Positions 10,964-19,320 of a stretch of 32,000 nucleotides of DNA are shown here, piece after piece; positions within the stretch are counted from its first letter, which is position 1, and each line of letters begins with the position of its first letter. A model generated the notes under the pieces. That model ran no database searches. It worked only from the letters and a program-made list of their open reading frames with translations, and had not been told where the DNA came from. The stretch is from assembly GCF_001598795.1 (NCBI RefSeq), contig NZ_BCZP01000008.1, forward strand, positions 60,001 through 92,000. The letters run 5' to 3'. The position numbers and the translations under genes are program-made. This DNA is from Delftia acidovorans NBRC 14950. Lineage in GTDB: Bacteria > Pseudomonadota > Gammaproteobacteria > Burkholderiales > Burkholderiaceae_C.

Positions 10964-11662
10964 TCAGACCTTGGCGGGGTTCGGGCCCACGGTCTCGCCA
11001 TGCTGCACGCGCTCGGCCGCCTTGTGCACCATGGTGTAGGCATAGTCCACGCCCATGCCGTAGGCGCCGGAATGCTCGCGCACGATGTCCATCACCGCGT
11101 CGTAGGTCTCGCGGCGGGCCCAGTCGCGCTGCCATTCCAGCAGCACCTGCTGCCAGGTCACGGGCACCACGCCGGCCTGCACCATGCGGTCCATGGCGTA
11201 GTTGTGCGCGTCCAGCGACGTGCCGCCCGAGGCGTCGGCCACCATGTAGATCTCGTAGTCCGTGTCATGCAGGGCCGACAGGGCGAAGGTGGTGTTGCAC
11301 ACCTCGGTCCACAGGCCGGAGACCACGATCTTCTTGCGGCCCTGGGCGGCGTTCCTGGCCAGTGCGTCCCGCACGTTCTGGTCGTCCCAGGAATTCATGG
11401 AGCTGCGCTCCAGCAGTTGGTGCTCGGGGAACACCGCCAGCAGTTCGGGATAGGTGTGGCCGGAGAAGCTGCCCGTCTCCACCGTGGTGATGGTGGCGGG
11501 AATGCCGAAGGCCTTGGCCGCCTTGGCCAGGCCCACCACATTGTTCTTGAGCACCTGGCGGTCGATGGACTGCACGCCGAAGGCCATCTGGGGCTGCTGG
11601 TCGATGAAGATGATCTGGCTGTTGGCGGGCGTCAGGACTTCGAGGTACTTGCGGTCGGTCAT
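10964..11662 (-). CDS. Isochorismatase-family cysteine hydrolase (YcaC-like)
   Basis: 232 aa. Motifs include IIFIDQQPQM, the catalytic-Cys region KKIVVSGLWTEVCNTTFALSAL, and ADASGG. An AGGAGA Shine-Dalgarno precedes ATG 11662. Confidence 0.88.
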   Translation of the reverse strand: MTDRKYLEVLTPANSQIIFIDQQPQMAFGVQSIDRQVLKNNVVGLAKAAKAFGIPATITTVETGSFSGHTYPELLAVFPEHQLLERSSMNSWDDQNVRDALARNAAQGRKKIVVSGLWTEVCNTTFALSALHDTDYEIYMVADASGGTSLDAHNYAMDRMVQAGVVPVTWQQVLLEWQRDWARRETYDAVMDIVREHSGAYGMGVDYAYTMVHKAAERVQHGETVGPNPAKV

Positions 11663-11731
11663 GGTGATCTCCTGTGAGGGGTTGGACGGGGTACGGGAAA
11701 TGTTTTCTTGGGAAGAGGCGGGCAGGGCGCT

Positions 11732-12436
11732 TCAGCGCGCCGTGTCGACGAGCACCAGCTCGGTGTCGGCCAGGGCCGTCACACGGAAGCTGTCCACATC
11801 GCTGATGGCGGCGCCGTCGCGCTCCTGCAGCGTCACGCCGTCGATCTGCACCGAGCCGCTGGCCGGCACCAGGTAGCCCAGGCGGTCGCGGCCGATGCGG
11901 TACTCCGTGCTCTCGCCGGCCTTCAGCGTGGCGCCCAGCACCCGGGCGGCGGTGCGGATGGGCAGGGCGTCCTCGTCACCGGGCAGGCCGCTGGCCAGGG
12001 CCACGAAGCTGCCCGAGCGCTCGCCCTTGGGGAAGGGCTTGGCACCCCAGGACGGGGGCTGCTGGCCGCGCTCGTCGGGCATGATCCAGATCTGGAAGAT
12101 CCGCGTCGTGTCCTTTTCCTGGTTGTATTCCGAGTGGCGGATGCCGGTGCCCGCGCTCATCACCTGCACATCTCCCGCTTCGGTGCGGCCCTTGTTGCCC
12201 AGGCTGTCCTGGTGGGTGATGGCGCCTTCACGGACATAGGTGATGATTTCCATGTTGGCGTGGGCATGGGGCGGGAAGCCCGTGCCGGCGGCGATGGTGT
12301 CGTCGTTCCACACCCGCAGCGCGCCCCAGCCCATGCGGGCCGGATCGTGGTAGCCGGCGAAGGAAAAGTGATGCTTGGCATCGAGCCAGCCGTGGTTGGC
12401 ACCGCCAAGGGCTTGGAAGGGACGGCGTTCGATCAT
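11732..12436 (-). CDS. Pirin-family protein (bicupin, quercetinase-like YhhW/PirA class)
   Basis: 234 aa. The N-terminus reads GWLDAKHHFSFAGYHDP...GFPPHAHANMEIITYVREGAITHQDSLGN...GDVQVMSAGTGIRHSEYN, which is the His/Glu cupin metal site of pirins. An AGGAGA Shine-Dalgarno is present. Confidence 0.92.
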   Translation of the reverse strand: MIERRPFQALGGANHGWLDAKHHFSFAGYHDPARMGWGALRVWNDDTIAAGTGFPPHAHANMEIITYVREGAITHQDSLGNKGRTEAGDVQVMSAGTGIRHSEYNQEKDTTRIFQIWIMPDERGQQPPSWGAKPFPKGERSGSFVALASGLPGDEDALPIRTAARVLGATLKAGESTEYRIGRDRLGYLVPASGSVQIDGVTLQERDGAAISDVDSFRVTALADTELVLVDTAR

Positions 12437-12538
12437 GGTGTTCTCCTGCTGCGTTGTGTGTTGCGATGGATGAACTTTATGTTTTGCCGATCAAGAAGAG
12501 AATAGAAAATATGCAAAGACATCTATTCCAAAACTTTC
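12437..12538. promoter_or_regulatory. AT-rich divergent promoter/operator region between the pirin operon and the LysR gene
   Basis: This is markedly the most AT-rich stretch in the area. It contains the dyad AATAG-N17-CTATT (12501-12527) and a small dyad TTG-N5-CAA (12484-12494). LysR regulators normally bind dyads in such divergent intergenic regions. No canonical T-N11-A box is identified with confidence. Confidence 0.35.
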
Positions 12539-13462
12539 ATGCCAAGACTTCCTGACCTCGAAGCCTGGGCCGTCTTCGCCAAGGTGGCCGAGACGGGCTC
12601 CTTCGCCAAGGCCGCCGCCGACCTGGGCGTCTCCCAGCCCACCATCTCCAAGGCCATCACGCGGCTGGAGACGCGGCTCAAGACCAGCCTGTTCCACCGC
12701 ACCTCGCGGCGCATGTCGCTGACGGCCAGCGGCCAGGCCTCGCTGGAGCGTGCCGCGCGCATCCTGGCCGAGGGCGAGGCCGTGGAGGCCGAGATCAGCG
12801 AGCAGTCCAAAAGCCTGCGCGGCCCCATCCGCATTGCGGCGCCCATGTCGTTCGGCATCTCGCACCTGGCGCCGGCCGTGCCAGCCTTCATGGCCGAGCA
12901 CCCGGAAGTCACGCTGGACCTGCACTTCAGCGACGAGCTGATCGACGTCGTGGCCCAGGGCTTCGACATCGCGCTGCGCATCTCCTCGCTGCCCGACTCC
13001 AGCCTGCTGGCGCGGCGCCTGTGCACGGTGCGCCTGCTGCTGGTGGGATCACCCGAATACTTCGAGCGCCACGGCCGCCCCACCCATCCGCGCGAGCTGG
13101 CGCAGCACCGCGCGCTGCGCTATGTGCACAGCCGCCTGGGCGAGGCCTGGCGCTTCGTGCATGCGCGCCGCGGCGAGTTCGCCCAGGTCGTTCCCACGGC
13201 CATGCGCGTGAACAATGCCGAGGGCCTGGCGCCGGCCCTGCGCGCCGGGCTGGGCCTGGCCCTGCAGCCCGAGTTCCTGGCCTGGGAAGATTTGCAATCG
13301 GGTGCGCTGCAGACCTGCATGGATGACTGGCAGGTGCCCTCCATCGCCCTGCACATCGTCACGCCACCGGGGCGTGCCCGGCCGGCGCGCGTGCAGGCGC
13401 TGATCGATTTCCTGGCCGCGCACTTCGCGCTGGCGCCCTGGGCGCGTGAGCCGCAGGCGTAG
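12539..13462 (+). CDS. LysR-family transcriptional regulator
   Basis: 307 aa. The N-terminal wHTH reads LEAWAVFAKVAETGSFAKAAADLGVSQPTISKAITRLETRLKTSLFHRTSRRMSLT, followed by a LysR substrate-binding domain. It is divergent from the pirin cluster. Confidence 0.93.
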   Translation: MPRLPDLEAWAVFAKVAETGSFAKAAADLGVSQPTISKAITRLETRLKTSLFHRTSRRMSLTASGQASLERAARILAEGEAVEAEISEQSKSLRGPIRIAAPMSFGISHLAPAVPAFMAEHPEVTLDLHFSDELIDVVAQGFDIALRISSLPDSSLLARRLCTVRLLLVGSPEYFERHGRPTHPRELAQHRALRYVHSRLGEAWRFVHARRGEFAQVVPTAMRVNNAEGLAPALRAGLGLALQPEFLAWEDLQSGALQTCMDDWQVPSIALHIVTPPGRARPARVQALIDFLAAHFALAPWAREPQA

Positions 13463-13502
13463 ATCGCAAAAAGGGGAGGGCTTCGGTGGGAGGGCTTCGG
13501 CC

Positions 13503-14039
13503 TCAGCTGGCCCAGGAGGCCGGCAGCAACTGCAGCAGCACCACCGTCATCACCACATAGCGCAGGAACTTGCCGATGGCCATGTAGAACACGCAGGGCC
13601 AGAACGGCAGGCGCAGCCAGCCGGCCACGGCGCACAGCGGATCGCCCACCACGGGCAGCCAGCTCAGCAGGCAGGCCTTGGCGCCCAGGCGGCGCAGCCA
13701 CACGCGGGCGCGGCGCTCGTGGCGGGACAGGGCGCGGGGCGGCTTGGCCCGCAGATCCTCGGGCAGTCCGGCGCGCCGCCGCTCGCGGGCCGCGCGCCAG
13801 GCCTTGTGCGCACCCAGGCCCATCCACCAGCTGATGGCGCCGCCCAGCGTATTGCCGGCCGTGGCCACGAAGACCGTTTGCCAGAACAGATCGGGGTTGA
13901 GCTGCAGCAGGCCGACCACCGCAGGCTCGGAGCCCAGCGGCAGCAGCGTGGCCGAAATCAGGGCCACGATGAACACGGTGCTGAGGCCGAACTGCGGCAG
14001 CGCCAGCCAGCCCAGCAATTGATGGATCCAGAATTCCAT
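13503..14039 (-). CDS. YqaA-family (DedA/SNARE-associated-like) membrane protein
   Basis: The sequence MEFWIHQLLGWLALPQFGLSTVFIVALISATLLPLGSEPAVVGLL...WLPVVGDPLCAVAGWLRL is typical of YqaA. I chose ATG 14039. An in-frame TTG at 14051 would add 4 codons. Confidence 0.8.
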   Translation of the reverse strand: MEFWIHQLLGWLALPQFGLSTVFIVALISATLLPLGSEPAVVGLLQLNPDLFWQTVFVATAGNTLGGAISWWMGLGAHKAWRAARERRRAGLPEDLRAKPPRALSRHERRARVWLRRLGAKACLLSWLPVVGDPLCAVAGWLRLPFWPCVFYMAIGKFLRYVVMTVVLLQLLPASWAS

Positions 14040-14134
14040 AGGTGCTGCCAAGTGTAGGTCTGCGCTGGCTGACGCCTTGTCGGCCTGAAGCTATCGTGAG
14101 GCCTGTTCCAGAACCACAAAGAACAGGGGGCGTC

Positions 14135-14752
14135 ATGCAGACAGGGCGGATTGCAGGATGGGCGGGATGGGCGGCATTGGGAATGGCAGCAGCCGGCCTG
14201 GCCGGCTGCGCTGCGTTGCAGCCACCGCCAGGCAAGGACACCACCGTGGTGGCTCAGGCCGCTGCCCAGGCGTCGCCCACCCAGGAGGCTGCACCGCCCT
14301 CCGCCTGGAGCAAGGCGCTGCAGGCCAAGGGCTGCACCCTGCCGGACCCGGCCGTGGGCGACAGGCTGGAGCAACTGCAGCGCGAGCTGGAGCCGCTGGG
14401 CCTGGAGCCGCGTCTGCAAGGCTGCGTGAGCCTGGCCGGGTCCGAGCCCGGCCCGGCCCTGGTGCTGGACGCCTGGGTGACCGACGGGCGCAAGGCCATG
14501 GCCGTGGTGCGCGGCCCGCTGGCTGACGGCGAGGCGCTGGACCTGGGACTGGAGGCTAGGCCGCAGACAGCTGGGCTGCAGGCAGCCGGGCAGCCGAAAG
14601 CCGGGCTGCAGAAGGTCGGCCTGCGACCCATGCCCGACGACCAGGTCTCTCCCGACGTGCAATTCAACCGCCGCTGGTGGCAGGGCCGGCTCGGTGCCTA
14701 CGGGCTGCAAGCCGTTCCGGGCCAGGTGCGCACCTTCGTGCCCACACCATGA
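14135..14752 (+). CDS. Hypothetical lipoprotein
   Basis: 205 aa from ATG 14135 with an AGGGGG Shine-Dalgarno. The signal peptide carries a lipobox (AAAGLAGC|AALQ). The rest is Ala/Pro/Gly-rich with no recognised domain, and the coding call is supported mainly by the signal and the RBS. Confidence 0.6.
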   Translation: MQTGRIAGWAGWAALGMAAAGLAGCAALQPPPGKDTTVVAQAAAQASPTQEAAPPSAWSKALQAKGCTLPDPAVGDRLEQLQRELEPLGLEPRLQGCVSLAGSEPGPALVLDAWVTDGRKAMAVVRGPLADGEALDLGLEARPQTAGLQAAGQPKAGLQKVGLRPMPDDQVSPDVQFNRRWWQGRLGAYGLQAVPGQVRTFVPTP

Positions 14753-14782
14753 AAACTGCGCGGTGTCTTGTTTTCGCTGCTT

Positions 14783-14806
14783 GGCCGTCTTGACGGCCCG
14801 GTTTTA
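14783..14806 (+). terminator. Possible intrinsic terminator after the lipoprotein gene
   Basis: ggccgtc (14783-14789) pairs with gacggcc (14792-14798), followed by cggtttta. The loop is very short and the T-tract is weak. Confidence 0.3.
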
Positions 14807-14895
14807 GCCCTGCTGAAAATTTGGGCAGGTACAATCTTGGTCCTTTGTTGCCGCCCGTTTTGTGCTCGGCGCGCGCATTTTCTCCGGCTTTTCCG

Positions 14896-15966
14896 ATGTC
14901 CTCCCCACCCCTGTCCATAGGCCCCCATGCCCTGGCCAATCGCCTGTTCGTCGCCCCCATGGCCGGGGTGACGGATCGGCCGTTCCGCCAGCTGTGCAAG
15001 GCCCTGGGCGCGGGCTACGCGGTCAGCGAGATGGTGACATCGCGCAAAGACCTGTGGAACAGCCTCAAGACCTCGCGCCGCGCCAACCATGAAGGCGAGC
15101 CCGGCCCCATCGCGGTGCAGATCGCGGGCACGGACGCCGAGATGATGGCCGAGGCCGCGCGCTACAACCTGGACCGCGGCGCCCAGATCATCGACATCAA
15201 CATGGGCTGCCCGGCCAAGAAGGTCTGCAACAAATGGGCCGGCTCGGCCCTGATGCAGAACGAGGCCCTGGCCGTGGAGATTGCCCAGGCTGTTGTAGAG
15301 GCCTGCGCCCCGCACGGCGTGCCCGTCACGCTGAAGATGCGCACCGGCTGGTGCGACGCGCACAGGAACGCCGTGGTGCTGGCCCGCCGCTTCGAGGATG
15401 TGGGCATACAGATGCTCACCGTGCACGGCCGCACGCGCGAGCAGGGTTACAAGGGCTTTGCCGAGTACGACACCATCGCTGCCGTCAAGGCGGCGGTGCG
15501 CGTGCCCGTGGTGGCCAATGGCGACATCACCAGCCCCGAGAAGGCGCGCGACGTGCTCGCCTACACGGGCGCCGATGCCGTGATGATCGGCCGCGCGGCC
15601 CAGGGCCGGCCGTGGATCTTCCGCGAGATCGCGCACTTCATGGCCACGGGCGAGCACATGGCCCCGCCGCTGGTGGCCGAGCTGCGCCGGCTGCTGCTGG
15701 ACCACCTGCAGGACCACTACAGCCTGTACGGCGAGGGCACCGGCGTGCGCAGCGCGCGCAAGCACATCGCCTGGTACATGCGCAGCCTGCCGGGCGGTGA
15801 AGCATTCAGACAACACATCAACACCATCGAGGACTGCGCGGTGCAATGGCAGGCCGTGGCCGACTATCTGGACGCCCTGGGCGCACAGATGGACCGGATA
15901 CCGGCCGCCATCGATGCCGGCGCCACAAGCGCCGAATTCGGAGAGCCCGCAGGAATGACAGTATGA
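14896..15966 (+). CDS. dusB: tRNA-dihydrouridine synthase B
   Basis: 356 aa from ATG 14896. Motifs include VAPMAGVTDRPFR, DINMGCPAKKV and HGRTR. The gene lies directly upstream of fis with an ATGA overlap, which is the conserved dusB-fis operon arrangement. Confidence 0.93.
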   Translation: MSSPPLSIGPHALANRLFVAPMAGVTDRPFRQLCKALGAGYAVSEMVTSRKDLWNSLKTSRRANHEGEPGPIAVQIAGTDAEMMAEAARYNLDRGAQIIDINMGCPAKKVCNKWAGSALMQNEALAVEIAQAVVEACAPHGVPVTLKMRTGWCDAHRNAVVLARRFEDVGIQMLTVHGRTREQGYKGFAEYDTIAAVKAAVRVPVVANGDITSPEKARDVLAYTGADAVMIGRAAQGRPWIFREIAHFMATGEHMAPPLVAELRRLLLDHLQDHYSLYGEGTGVRSARKHIAWYMRSLPGGEAFRQHINTIEDCAVQWQAVADYLDALGAQMDRIPAAIDAGATSAEFGEPAGMTV

Positions 15967-16196
15967 GCAACCAGAACATCGAACAATGCGTGCGTGAAAG
16001 CCTGGAGGGGTATTTCCGCGATCTCGACGGCGAAAAGCCCAACGGCATGTACGACATGCTGATCCACCTGGTCGAAAAGCCGCTGCTGGAAGTGGTGATG
16101 ACCCAGGCCGACAACAACCAGTCGCGTGCTGCCGACTGGCTGGGCCTGAACCGCAACACGCTGCGCAAGAAGCTGCTCGAGCACGACATGCTCTGA
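15963..16196 (+). CDS. fis: DNA-binding protein Fis
   Basis: 77 aa: [77 protein letters not shown]. The Fis HTH (QSRAA..LG.NR.TLRKKL) is present, and the start overlaps the dusB stop. Confidence 0.95.
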
Positions 16197-16240
16197 GCGG
16201 CACGAATCTCCATTTCTTCAAACTCCCTGCACTGACGCCC

Positions 16241-17839
16241 ATGAACGCCCTGCTCTCCGTCTCTGACAAGACCGGTATCGTCGAATTCGCCCAAGGCCTG
16301 CACGCCCTGGGCATCAAGCTGCTGTCCACCGGCGGCACCGCCAAGCTGCTGGCCGAGGCCGGCCTGCCCGTGACCGAGGTGGCCGAAGTCACCCAGTTCC
16401 CCGAAATGCTGGACGGCCGCGTCAAGACCCTGCACCCCAAGGTCCACGGCGGCCTGCTGGCGCGCCGCGAGCTGCCCGCCCACATGGCGGCCCTCAAGGA
16501 GCACGGCATCGACACCATCGACCTGCTGGTGGTGAACCTCTACCCCTTCGAGGCCACCGTGGCCAAGGCCGGCTGCACGCTGGCCGACGCCATCGAGAAC
16601 ATCGACATCGGCGGCCCGGCCATGGTGCGCTCTGCCGCCAAGAACTGGGCCGACGTGGGCGTGATCACCGACGCCGGCCAGTACGAGGCCGTGCTGGGTG
16701 AACTCAAGGCCAATGGAAAGCTGTCCGACAAGCTGCGCTTTGCGCTGTCCGTGGCCGCCTTCAACCGCATCGCCCAGTACGACGGCGCCATCAGCGACTA
16801 CCTGTCCAGCGTGAAGTTCGAGGACGAGAAGCTCTCCGAAACCTACGTGCCCGAGCGCAGCCCCTTCCCCGGCCAGAGCAATGGCCACTTCACCAAGGTG
16901 CAGGACCTGCGCTACGGCGAAAACAGCCACCAGCAGGCCGCCCTGTACCGCGACCTGTATCCGGCTCCCGGCTCCCTGGTCACGGGCGAGCAACTGCAGG
17001 GCAAGGAGCTGTCGTACAACAACATCGCCGATGCCGACGCCGCCTGGGAATGCGTCAAGAGCTTCGAGCAGCCGGCCTGCGTGATCGTCAAGCACGCCAA
17101 CCCCTGCGGCGTGGCCGTGGGCAAGGACGCGCACGAAGCCTATGCCAAGGCCTTCCAGACCGACCCCACCAGCGCCTTCGGCGGCATCATCGCCTTCAAC
17201 CGCACGGTGGACAAGGCGGCGGCCGAGGCCGTGGTCAAGCAGTTCGTCGAGGTGCTGATGGCCCCCGACTTCACGGCCGAGGCGCTGGAAATCTTCAAGC
17301 CCAAGGTCAATGTGCGCCTGATGAAGATCGCCCTGCCGGCCGGTGGAGAGCGCGCCTGGGACCAGGGCCGCAACGCCATGGACGCCAAGCGCGTCGGCTC
17401 GGGCCTGCTGCTGCAGACCGCCGACAACCATGAACTGGCCCTGGCCGACCTCAAGGTCGTCACCGTCAAGCAGCCTACGCCCGAAGAACTGCAGGACCTG
17501 CTGTTCGCCTGGAAGGTCGCCAAGTACGTCAAGAGCAATGCCATCGTGTTCTGCAAGAACGGCATGACCATGGGCGTGGGCGCAGGCCAGATGAGCCGCC
17601 TGGACTCGGCACGCATCGCCTCCATCAAGGCCGAGGCCGCCAAGCTGAGCCTGCAGGGCACGGTCGTGGCCAGCGATGCCTTCTTCCCCTTCCGCGACGG
17701 CCTGGACGTGGTCGTTGACGCAGGCGCCACCTGCGTGGCCCAGCCCGGCGGCTCCATGCGCGACCAGGAAGTCATTGACGCCGCCAACGAGCGCGGCGTC
17801 GCCATGGTCTTCACCGGCGTGCGCCACTTCCGCCACTGA
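16241..17839 (+). CDS. purH: Bifunctional AICAR transformylase / IMP cyclohydrolase
   Basis: 532 aa. The MGS-like N-terminus reads [18 protein letters not shown]...LLSTGGTAK...TLHPKVHGG. The AICARFT domain ends [32 protein letters not shown]. Confidence 0.97.
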
Positions 17840-18330
17840 TGGCCGGCCAACTGCCTCCTGACGCAGACGACGAGGGCGACGACGCCCCCCACCGGCCCCG
17901 CTGGCTGGGCTGGGCGCTCGTGGTCTTCATGCTGCTGGTGGCGCTGGGTGTCTTCAACATCGGCTGGCGCATCATGCGCGGGCCGGCTGTCGGGGTCACC
18001 ACGGCGGCGGCCAATGCGGCGCCGGCCGCCGCTGCCGTGACAGCCGACGCGCAGCTGGCCGCCGGCAAGGCCCTGGTGGAAGGCAATGACTGCCTGCGCT
18101 GCCATGGCTTGGTGCGCAACTACGTGGGCCCGTCCTTCCAGCAGATCGCCGAGCGCTACCGGGCCCGCGAAGATGCCGCCGACTACCTGGCGCGCAAGAT
18201 CCGCGAGGGCGGGGCCGGCGAATGGGGCCGCGCCATCATGCCGCGCCACCCGCACCTCGATACGGCGCAATCCCTGCAGATGGCGGCCTGGCTGCTGTCC
18301 CTCCCCTCTCCCGAACCCGGGAAGTCCTGA
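17839..18330 (+). CDS. Membrane-anchored monohaem c-type cytochrome (c551/c552-like)
   Basis: 163 aa. It has an acidic N-terminus, one TM helix (WLGWALVVFMLLVALGVF), the haem motif CLRCH and a distal Met region (GRAIMPRHP). The ATG shares one nucleotide with the purH TGA (TGATG). Confidence 0.8.
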   Translation: MAGQLPPDADDEGDDAPHRPRWLGWALVVFMLLVALGVFNIGWRIMRGPAVGVTTAAANAAPAAAAVTADAQLAAGKALVEGNDCLRCHGLVRNYVGPSFQQIAERYRAREDAADYLARKIREGGAGEWGRAIMPRHPHLDTAQSLQMAAWLLSLPSPEPGKS

Positions 18331-18332
18331 CC

Positions 18333-18935
18333 ATGTCCCGCCTGTTCACCGCCCCTGACGGCCGGCCGCGCTGCCACTGGTGCGCCGCCACGGACAACTA
18401 CCTGGCCTACCACGACCGTGAATGGGGCTTTCCCGTCACCGACGACCGGCGCCTGTTCGAGAAGCTCAGCCTCGAAGGCTTCCAGTCCGGCCTGAGCTGG
18501 CTGACCATCCTCAACAAGCGCGAGAACTTCCGCGCGGCCTTTGCGGGCTTCGATTTCCACCAGGTTGCGCGCTTCACCGAAGACGACGTGCTGCGGCTGC
18601 TGGGCGATGCGGGCATCGTGCGGCATCGCGGCAAGATCGAGGCCGTGATCAACAACGCGCAGCGGGCGCTGGAGATGGTGGAGGCGCAAGGCTCGCTGTC
18701 GGCCTTCTTCTGGCGCCATGCGCCTGCACCCGTGACCGGTGGCGGGCCCGTGTCCGAGACGGCCGAATCTCGGGCGCTGTCCAAGGAGCTGAAGAAGCTC
18801 GGTTGGAAGTTCGTGGGGCCTACGACTGTCTACTCGTTCATGCAGGCCATGGGGTTGGTCAATGACCATGCTTTGGGGTGTGTGGTGAGGGATGAGGTGG
18901 AGCGGGCGCGGGGTGCGTTTCTGCTTGGTGCTTGA
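18333..18935 (+). CDS. tag: DNA-3-methyladenine glycosylase I
   Basis: 200 aa from ATG 18333. The Zn-snap motif is RCHWC...YHDREWGFP, followed by LSLEGFQSGLSWLTILNKRENFR, and the C-terminal part is FMQAMGLVNDHALGC. Confidence 0.93.
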   Translation: MSRLFTAPDGRPRCHWCAATDNYLAYHDREWGFPVTDDRRLFEKLSLEGFQSGLSWLTILNKRENFRAAFAGFDFHQVARFTEDDVLRLLGDAGIVRHRGKIEAVINNAQRALEMVEAQGSLSAFFWRHAPAPVTGGGPVSETAESRALSKELKKLGWKFVGPTTVYSFMQAMGLVNDHALGCVVRDEVERARGAFLLGA

Positions 18936-19003
18936 GCTGAGGTCTGGTTTTTGACCCTGCCGGGTGGTTGTTTTTCGAGGCCGGGTCTCGGCCCGGCGGC
19001 CGA

Positions 19004-19222
19004 CCACCTTTCTTGATCGCCAAGAAAGGTGGCCAAAGAAGGCGACCCGAATGTCCGCGACCCTCCGCTTCGCTGCGGGCAACCTGCGTCGGGCCGCCTG
19101 CGGGGTTCGCCGCAGAACTCACTTCGCGCTGCGCGCTACGTTCAAACAATCACGGCGAGTCAGATGACGAGGCAGTCCTGTCCTTCGGCAGGACTGCAAC
19201 CCCGCAGGCGGCCCGACGCAGG
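19004..19222. repeat. Palindrome-rich intergenic repeat element (REP/MITE-like, Burkholderiales type)
   Basis: Read directly from the sequence.
- An 11-bp perfect hairpin: ccacctttctt (19004-19014) pairs with aagaaaggtgg (19022-19032).
- A 25-nt perfect inverted repeat: cctgcgtcgggccgcctgcggggtt (19083-19107) pairs with aaccccgcaggcggcccgacgcagg (19198-19222).
- A 9-bp hairpin: gcagtcctg (19172-19180) pairs with caggactgc (19189-19197).

Spurious translations of this DNA (e.g. KKGGRPPGRDPAS, LRATCVGPPAGFAAELTSRCALRSNNHGESDDEA) resemble hypothetical-protein artefacts I recall from many Burkholderiales genomes. That recollection suggests a multicopy repeat family. Confidence 0.55.
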
Positions 19223-19320
19223 CGCTGACATACGGGGAGTGGGGGCGGGCCGTCGCTGCGCTCGGCCTTGTTTGCAATACCCAGCCATTACACTTGTCGC
19301 AGGCCGAAAGGCTTGGTGTG

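Noticed and set aside
13474-13500. A direct repeat of gggagggcttcgg (13474-13486 and 13488-13500) between the convergent LysR and yqaA genes.
   Set aside because: There are only two short copies with no complementary partner and no U-tract. This is most simply a small duplication in a 3' intergenic spacer, and there is no basis for a functional call.
14790-14835. Candidate sigma-70 promoter for dusB-fis (ttgacg at 14790-14795; gaaaat at 14815-14820; tacaat at 14830-14835).
   Set aside because: The spacings do not fit. The gap from ttgacg to gaaaat is 19 nt, and no acceptable -35 lies 16-18 nt upstream of tacaat. The ttgacg also lies inside the putative terminator hairpin. The support is insufficient to report as a feature.
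19098-19115. The hairpin ctgcgg-ggttcg-ccgcag, which contains GGTTCG and is reminiscent of a tRNA T-arm. The idea was a possible tRNA or tRNA fragment marking an insertion site.
   Set aside because: No acceptor, D or anticodon arms can be built around it, and the loop is 6 nt rather than the 7-nt T-loop. It is part of the left arm of the 25-bp inverted repeat.
19160-19200. The sequence cagatgacgagg followed by a hairpin, superficially like a hammerhead CUGAUGA core.
   Set aside because: The sequence is CAGAUGAC, not CUGAUGA. No GAAA or cleavage-site elements are positioned appropriately.
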